Shown here piece after piece: positions 58,548-64,000 of a stretch of 64,000 bases of DNA. The notes below the pieces were generated by a model. It had not been told where the DNA came from. It saw only the letters and a program-made list of their open reading frames with translations, and did not search any database. Source of the DNA: Burkholderiaceae bacterium (GTDB lineage Bacteria; Pseudomonadota; Gammaproteobacteria; Burkholderiales; Burkholderiaceae_C). The stretch is taken from positions 24,842 to 88,841 of the forward strand of contig CBDCLU010000001.1 of NCBI GenBank assembly GCA_965218765.1. The letters are read 5' to 3'. Numbering within the stretch: position 1 is the stretch's first letter; each line of letters starts with the position of its first letter. A program made the translations under genes and the position numbers.

Positions 58548-60098
58548 TCAGTTGAGGCGCGGCTGTTTCGCCGTGTCCTGATACCAGTCGAACGGCGTGT
58601 CATCGAGCCGCAACATCACGCTCTTCGTCTCGAAGTGCTGATCGAATGACTCGGTGCCACATTCGCGACCGATCCCCGAGTCCTTCACACCTCCCCACGG
58701 CGATGCAGGATCGAGCCGATGATGGTCGTTGATCCAGACGATGCCACACTTCAGCTTGGCTGCCACGCGATGGGCACGAACGATGTCACGAGTGCGCACC
58801 GCGCCGGCCAAGCCGAACGGCGAATCGTTGGCCATCGTCAAACCTTCTTCTTCGGTGGAGAATTTCGACACAGAGACGAACGGGCCAAACACCTCTTCCT
58901 GGAAAATGCGCATTCGCGGCGTAACGTCAGCAAAGACCGTCGGTTCGACGAAAAAGCCGTTGGCAAGTGACGAATCGGCGGGCACACGGCCACCGGCCAC
59001 CAGCCGCGCGTTGTCTTCTTCTAGACCAATCTTGATATAGCGCAGTACGCGTTGCTGCTGGCGCGCAGACACCACCGGACCAAGCTGGACCGTCGGGTCG
59101 GCAGGGTTACCGATGCGGATCGCCTTTGCCTTGGCGGCGAGCTTCTCGACGAACTCGTCATAAACCCGTTCTTGGACGATCTGGCGGCTGCCGCAGATGC
59201 ACGTTTGACCTGCACCAATGAAGGCGCCGAACGCGGCGTAGTTAACCGCTTGGTCGACATCGAAGTCCTCAAACACCAGCACCGGCGTCTTGCCGCCAAG
59301 CTCAAGGGTTTGGTGAGCAAAGTTTTGCCCCGCAGCGGCGCCGGTGATACGACCTGCCTCGGTGCCGCCAGTCAGCACCCACTTGGCTAGGCCAGGATGT
59401 TCGGCAAGCGCCTTGCCAGTGGTCGGCCCTAGACCGGTGACGACGTTAAACACTCCGGGCGGCAGGCCGGCCTCGACAAACAACTGGGCCAGCTTCAGCG
59501 TCGTCAGCGGCGTGTATTCGCTTGGCTTGACGACAGTAGTGCAGCCCGACGCCAGCGTAGGCGCCAAGCTCTTTACCATGATCATCAAGGGATGATTGAA
59601 CGGCGTGGAATTCCCCACCACGCCAAGCGGCGTACGCAGCGTGTAATTCAGGTAGTTGCCGTCGACCGGAATCACCGAATCGCGCCTGGCGATCGCCAAG
59701 CCTGCGTTGTAGCGGAAGAAGTCGGGGAGCCGTGAAACTTGCGCGCGAGTTTCGTTCAGCGAGCGGCCGTTGTTGGCTGTCTCCAGGTGATACATCTCCT
59801 CCAAATTGGCTTCGAAGACATCGGCCAGCTTGTTGATCAGTCGGGCCCGCGTGCGGTTGGACATACCGCTCCACTCGGTACTCTCAAATGCAACGCCAGC
59901 GCTCCTAACTGCTCGATCGACGTCCGCATCGGTCGCATGAGAAATCTGCGCCAGCAGTTCGCCGGTGGCCGGATTCAGCACATCAAGTAGTTCGGGCTGG
60001 GACGCTGAGACCTCGTGGCCATCGATGAAGAGGCCGTGAACGGCGGGCTCAGTGCGGGTAGTCATGGGATTGAGCATCGGGAAGTCCTGAATAGACAA
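58548..60098 (-). CDS. NAD(P)-dependent aldehyde dehydrogenase
   Basis: ELGGKTP and FIGAGQTCICGSR (catalytic Cys) motifs, plus PWGGVKDSGIGRE. The start may be an internal Met (60077). Confidence 0.88.
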   Translation of the reverse strand: MSIQDFPMLNPMTTRTEPAVHGLFIDGHEVSASQPELLDVLNPATGELLAQISHATDADVDRAVRSAGVAFESTEWSGMSNRTRARLINKLADVFEANLEEMYHLETANNGRSLNETRAQVSRLPDFFRYNAGLAIARRDSVIPVDGNYLNYTLRTPLGVVGNSTPFNHPLMIMVKSLAPTLASGCTTVVKPSEYTPLTTLKLAQLFVEAGLPPGVFNVVTGLGPTTGKALAEHPGLAKWVLTGGTEAGRITGAAAGQNFAHQTLELGGKTPVLVFEDFDVDQAVNYAAFGAFIGAGQTCICGSRQIVQERVYDEFVEKLAAKAKAIRIGNPADPTVQLGPVVSARQQQRVLRYIKIGLEEDNARLVAGGRVPADSSLANGFFVEPTVFADVTPRMRIFQEEVFGPFVSVSKFSTEEEGLTMANDSPFGLAGAVRTRDIVRAHRVAAKLKCGIVWINDHHRLDPASPWGGVKDSGIGRECGTESFDQHFETKSVMLRLDDTPFDWYQDTAKQPRLN

Positions 60099-60122
60099 AC
60101 TGCAAAAAAGACGCGCCGACGA

Positions 60123-60803
60123 TCAGCCGGCAATGACGACGCGAGACATCGCCTGTATGACGCGCTTGCCAGCAGCTAGCACGTGGCGACTAACGAGCCG
60201 CTGTGCACGCGTCGCTTGCCGCGTTTGCAGCGCGTCAATGATGTCGTTGTGCTCGTCGACGAGTGTTTGAGGGTTGCCTTGCTTGAGGCTCGCCACGCTG
60301 AGCTGTACCGCACGCTCCATCTGGTCAACCAAATCGATCAGATGATCTCGCATCCGCGAATTGCCCGAGATGCGCGCCAGCGTGCGGTGGAATTCACGGT
60401 TGTAAGCGACGAAGCCACCTACCCAGTGCGACTGATCGAAGTTACGGAAGCGGTCGAGGTCGGCAAGTTGCTCGTCGCTAGCACGGCGCATGATGCGTTC
60501 CATGCAGGCCTGCTCAAGAGCATCTCGCAAGTGGAACATGTCCTGCACGTCGGCCAGCGAGACCGGAGCGACGCGATACCCCTGACGCGGCGTGGTTATC
60601 ACCAAGCCCTCGCGCTCAAGACGCATCAGCGCGTCGCGTACCGGACTCTTACTGACCCCAAAGCGCTGTGCAAGTTCGCCTTCTCGGATCTCAACACCAG
60701 GGGGCAATGCACAACTGATCATCTCAGCCCGCAACTGGTCATAAATCTTTTCCCGCAGCAGCCGGCCGTCGCCGTTGAACTCACTCACCGTAGAAGCGTC
60801 CAT
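60123..60803 (-). CDS. GntR family transcriptional regulator (FadR/FCD type)
   Basis: wHTH ELAQRFGVSKSPVRDALMRLEREGLV, with an all-helical C-terminal domain. Confidence 0.85.
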   Translation of the reverse strand: MDASTVSEFNGDGRLLREKIYDQLRAEMISCALPPGVEIREGELAQRFGVSKSPVRDALMRLEREGLVITTPRQGYRVAPVSLADVQDMFHLRDALEQACMERIMRRASDEQLADLDRFRNFDQSHWVGGFVAYNREFHRTLARISGNSRMRDHLIDLVDQMERAVQLSVASLKQGNPQTLVDEHNDIIDALQTRQATRAQRLVSRHVLAAGKRVIQAMSRVVIAG

Positions 60804-60960
60804 GTTTGAAGAATATCACAGGCTGGACACCCCATACATTGTGATACATCAGAGAACGAGTTATGAATGCTTGGCACAATCGATTTCAGGGATAGTCGTA
60901 GGTCACATCCTTCACGGTACGGGTTTGCCCGATTTGACAATGCCTAGTTGGTGATACATC

Positions 60961-62253
60961 ATGATTTTTCTAAATTCACTATCTATCGGCTTACCAATGA
61001 CTGCAATCCGACCTTCGCTTGCTCCCTTTTTGGCCGCTCTGGGGGTCGTTTCTGCCGCGTTCACGCTGCCCGTGCTGGCTGCCGATGCCGACCCGATACG
61101 ACTGGGATTTCTTACGATCAAATCCGGCGCGCTTGCTGCTGGTGGCAAGCAAATGGAGGACGCGTTGCGGCTGTTCCTGAAGGAACGCAACGACATGATC
61201 GACGGCCGCAAGGTTGACCTGTTCGTCGGTGACACGGCAGGCCAACCCGCAATCACCAAAACCAAAGCGCAGGAATTGGTTGAGAAGGACAAGGTCGACG
61301 TGATCATCGGACCACTTGCCGCGTTCGAGGCGCTGGCGATTGACGACTACATCCGTGGCGCCCAGATCCCGATCATCTCGCCATCGGCTGCTGCCGAGGA
61401 CCTGACCCAGCGCAAGCCGAACCCCTGGTTTGTCCGGGCAGTCGGCACGTCAGCCCAACCGAGCCATCCGTTGGGCGACTACGCAGCCAAGACGCTGAAG
61501 TACAAGCGCATCGCGATCATCGCCGATGACTTTGCGTTCGGGCACGAGATCGCTGCGGGCTTCCAGCGCGCATTCGAGGACGCCGGCGGCAAGATCGTGC
61601 AGAAGCTTTGGTCGCCGCTGAATGTCGCTGACTACGGGACGTACATAGGCCAGATCAAACCCGATGTCGACGCCGTCTTCGCTGCCTTTGCCGGTGGCAA
61701 CGGCATCAAGTTCCTGAAGCAGTACAACGAGTACGGAATGAAGGGAAAAATTCCGCTGCTCGGTGCGATGACGACCGTGGACGAGGGCATCCTCAAGTCA
61801 ATGGGCGATGAAGCCTTAGATGTGATTTCGGCGGGCTGGTACACGGCAGCGACTGACAACCCCGCCAACAAACGCTTCGTCGCCGCGATCAACCGCGACT
61901 ACAAACAGGATCCGGGCTACTACTCGATCGGTGCCTACGGAGCGGCACTGATGCTCGAGGAAGCGGTCAAGAAGGTGAAGGGCAAAGTGGAGGACAAGGC
62001 CGCGTTCATGGCGGCCCTGCGGAAGGTCGAACTCAACGACGACCCGCGCGGCAAGGTCAGTCTTGATGAGTTCGGCAATCCGGTGATGGACATCTCGATC
62101 CGCAAGGTCGAACGCAAAAACGGGAAACTGGTCAACAGCGTAGTCAAGGTCTACCCGGCAGTTTCACAGTTCTGGACTTACGACCAAAGGGATTTTCTGG
62201 CCAACCCAGTTTATTCGCGCGACTACCCGGCTGCGAAGAATCTGGATAAGTGA
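60961..62253 (+). CDS. ABC transporter substrate-binding protein (Leu/Ile/Val type)
   Basis: Signal peptide ...AAFTLPVLAADADP, then IRLGFLTIKSGALAAGG. The start may be Met at 60997. Confidence 0.8.
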   Translation: MIFLNSLSIGLPMTAIRPSLAPFLAALGVVSAAFTLPVLAADADPIRLGFLTIKSGALAAGGKQMEDALRLFLKERNDMIDGRKVDLFVGDTAGQPAITKTKAQELVEKDKVDVIIGPLAAFEALAIDDYIRGAQIPIISPSAAAEDLTQRKPNPWFVRAVGTSAQPSHPLGDYAAKTLKYKRIAIIADDFAFGHEIAAGFQRAFEDAGGKIVQKLWSPLNVADYGTYIGQIKPDVDAVFAAFAGGNGIKFLKQYNEYGMKGKIPLLGAMTTVDEGILKSMGDEALDVISAGWYTAATDNPANKRFVAAINRDYKQDPGYYSIGAYGAALMLEEAVKKVKGKVEDKAAFMAALRKVELNDDPRGKVSLDEFGNPVMDISIRKVERKNGKLVNSVVKVYPAVSQFWTYDQRDFLANPVYSRDYPAAKNLDK

Positions 62254-62278
62254 CCGTTAGCGCGGCGCAGACCTCGCG

Positions 62279-63139
62279 ATGAACTTCTGGTTGATCCAGA
62301 GTCTGAACAGCCTGGCACTGGGCAGTGTGCTGTTCACGCTGGCCGCAGGCTTTTCGCTGATCTTTGGACTGATGCGCGTGGCCAACCTGTCGCACGGCGC
62401 CTACTTCATGCTTGGCGCCTACATTGGTTTGGCCGTGCTCGACGCGGGCTGGGGCTTCGGTTGGGCACTGGTCGCTGCTGGGCTCACAGTCGGCTTGCTC
62501 GGCGCGATTGTTGAGCGTGTGGTTCTGCGACGGCTGGCCGGTAACAGCCTCGGTCAAGTGCTGGCGACACTTGGGCTCGCATTCGTGATTGCCGACGGAT
62601 GTTTATGGCTGTGGGGTGGTGACCCACGCCCAATGGCTGGGCCATCGTTCCTGCGTGGTGGCACGTCGCTGTTTGGGCTGACGTTTCCCACCTACAGACT
62701 CGCGGTGATCGTGTTTAGCGTTGTGCTGGCGTTAGCGTTGTGGCTGCTGCTCGAGCGAACGCGTCTGGGGATGATGATCCGCGCCAGTGTCGACGACATG
62801 CAGATGGCGCGTGCGGTAGGCATCCCGGCATCGCGTCTATTCACAGTGGTTTTCACGCTCGGAACTGCACTTGCCGGTATCGGCGGCGTAATTGCCGCAC
62901 CGATCCTGTCTGTGTATCCGGGCCTCGACGCCGATATGTTGCCGCTGGCGCTAGTGGTGGTGATCCTGGGTGGGTTGGGCAGCCTTACAGGCGCCTTTGC
63001 CGGCAGTCTATTGATCGGTTTCATCTACAGCTTCGGGCAAGTGCTCGTGCCGAACCTCGCTTACATCATGCTGTTCTTGCCGATGGTCGTGATCCTCGCG
63101 CTGCGACCGCATGGCCTGTTCGGGCGCATTGGAGCGTGA
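62279..63139 (+). CDS. LivH-like ABC permease
   Basis: Polytopic. ANLSHGAYFMLGAY and GMMIRASVDDMQMARAVGI motifs. Confidence 0.82.
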   Translation: MNFWLIQSLNSLALGSVLFTLAAGFSLIFGLMRVANLSHGAYFMLGAYIGLAVLDAGWGFGWALVAAGLTVGLLGAIVERVVLRRLAGNSLGQVLATLGLAFVIADGCLWLWGGDPRPMAGPSFLRGGTSLFGLTFPTYRLAVIVFSVVLALALWLLLERTRLGMMIRASVDDMQMARAVGIPASRLFTVVFTLGTALAGIGGVIAAPILSVYPGLDADMLPLALVVVILGGLGSLTGAFAGSLLIGFIYSFGQVLVPNLAYIMLFLPMVVILALRPHGLFGRIGA

Positions 63140-63140
63140 A

Positions 63141-64000
63141 GTGATCAAGCGTGCATTGCAACTCGCTCTGCTGGTTTCGGCGCTGACGCTGCCACTTTGG
63201 GCCGGTGGTGTTTATTACGTCAATCTCGCGACTCAAGTGCTGATTGCTGCGATGTTCGCGTCGAGCCTGAACCTGTTGGTTGGTTATGCGGGACTCACGT
63301 CGCTCGGCCATGCCGGCTACCTCGGTCTCGCAGCGTACATCAGCGGCTGGTTGATGTTGAACGTGGGCTGGGGCGCCGGCGCGTCGGCGCTGCTAGCGGT
63401 GGCTGGCACCACAGTAATCGCCGCCGTGTTCGGTGTCGTTGCCCTGCAGGCCAGCGGCATCAGCTTTCTGATGATCACGCTCGCGCTCGGACAGATCCTA
63501 TGGGGCGTCGCTTACCGGTGGGCCGATGTGACCGGTGGAGACAACGGGCTTTCCGGCCTATCGCGGCCAAGCCCGTTCGGCATCGATCTTGGCCAGCCGA
63601 CGTACTTCTATTTCTTCACGCTCGCCGTTATGGCGTCGATGTGGTGTGCGATCGCAATATGGATGCAATCACCATTCGGGGCCAGCATCCGAGCTACGCG
63701 TGACCAGCCGCGGCGCATGAGCGCACTCGGATTCAACGTCTGGCTGATCCGTTGGATCACCTTCGTCGTCAGCGGCTTCTTCGGTGCAGTCGCTGGGGTG
63801 ATGTACGTCTACTACCACCAGTTCATCAGCCCGCACAGTCTATCGCTGGCGAATTCGGCCGAGATGTTGCTGATGGTCATCGCCGGTGGGCCAGGTACGC
63901 TGGTGGGCCCTGTGCTAGGCGCTGGAACTGTCGTGTTGCTGAAAAACCTGGCCAGTGCCTGGATCGACCGCTGGACCATGCTGCTCGGCTTCGTTTACCT
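63141..64000 (+). CDS. LivM-like ABC permease, 3'-partial (runs off the window)
   Basis: My own translation from GTG 63141 stays open to nt 64000: VIKRALQLALLVSALTLPLWAGG ... GYAGLTSLGHAGYLGLAAY ... IRATRDQPRRMSALGFN. It is not in the ORF track because no stop lies in the window. Confidence 0.75.
   Translation, partial: MIKRALQLALLVSALTLPLWAGGVYYVNLATQVLIAAMFASSLNLLVGYAGLTSLGHAGYLGLAAYISGWLMLNVGWGAGASALLAVAGTTVIAAVFGVVALQASGISFLMITLALGQILWGVAYRWADVTGGDNGLSGLSRPSPFGIDLGQPTYFYFFTLAVMASMWCAIAIWMQSPFGASIRATRDQPRRMSALGFNVWLIRWITFVVSGFFGAVAGVMYVYYHQFISPHSLSLANSAEMLLMVIAGGPGTLVGPVLGAGTVVLLKNLASAWIDRWTMLLGFVY

Overview
High-GC Gram-negative chromosome segment. Gene order and protein signatures fit a betaproteobacterium, probably Burkholderiales-like (inference only). 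Nt 1-40,100 is ordinary core. It holds a cytochrome b / Moco-oxidoreductase pair followed by a secreted Met-rich MXKDX-repeat peptide; pgi, a secreted NHL-repeat protein and zwf; a Pil-Chp twitching-motility chemosensory operon (rubredoxin-pilG-pilH-pilI-pilJ-chpA, with chpA at 2031 aa); thiD-like and hemL; pxpB-pxpC-pxpA; a glycine-zipper protein; dusB-fis-purH; an AraC-linked sugar/polyol ABC + SDR + FGGY-kinase module; and ychF, a UbiH-family monooxygenase, a DsbC/G-like protein, an M61 peptidase and an enoyl-CoA hydratase. A tRNA with anticodon CAT sits at 40,163-40,239. Directly after it the GC content drops and a roughly 10-kb fossil integrative mobilizable element begins. Its tyrosine recombinase is inactivated three ways: an in-frame TAG, a frameshift and an IS5-family insertion. 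It also carries a ParB-like gene, a block-structured hexanucleotide repeat, a frameshifted MobV/Pre-type relaxase, an IS481-like transposase remnant, and a DUF4870 gene split by an IS3-family element. From about 50.3 kb to the window end lie intermediate-GC accessory modules. These are an XRE-cupin regulator, a C-N hydrolase, a Liv-type ABC transporter with a fused permease-ATPase, DUF1028, an alpha/beta hydrolase, an aldehyde dehydrogenase, a GntR regulator, and a second Liv-type ABC transporter that runs off the window. I saw no rRNA, no CRISPR array and no recognisable defence genes. I could not defend an intact, clearly novel multi-gene system. The most unusual items are listed as findings, each with its basis and test. 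All family calls come from reading motifs by eye; no database search was run.
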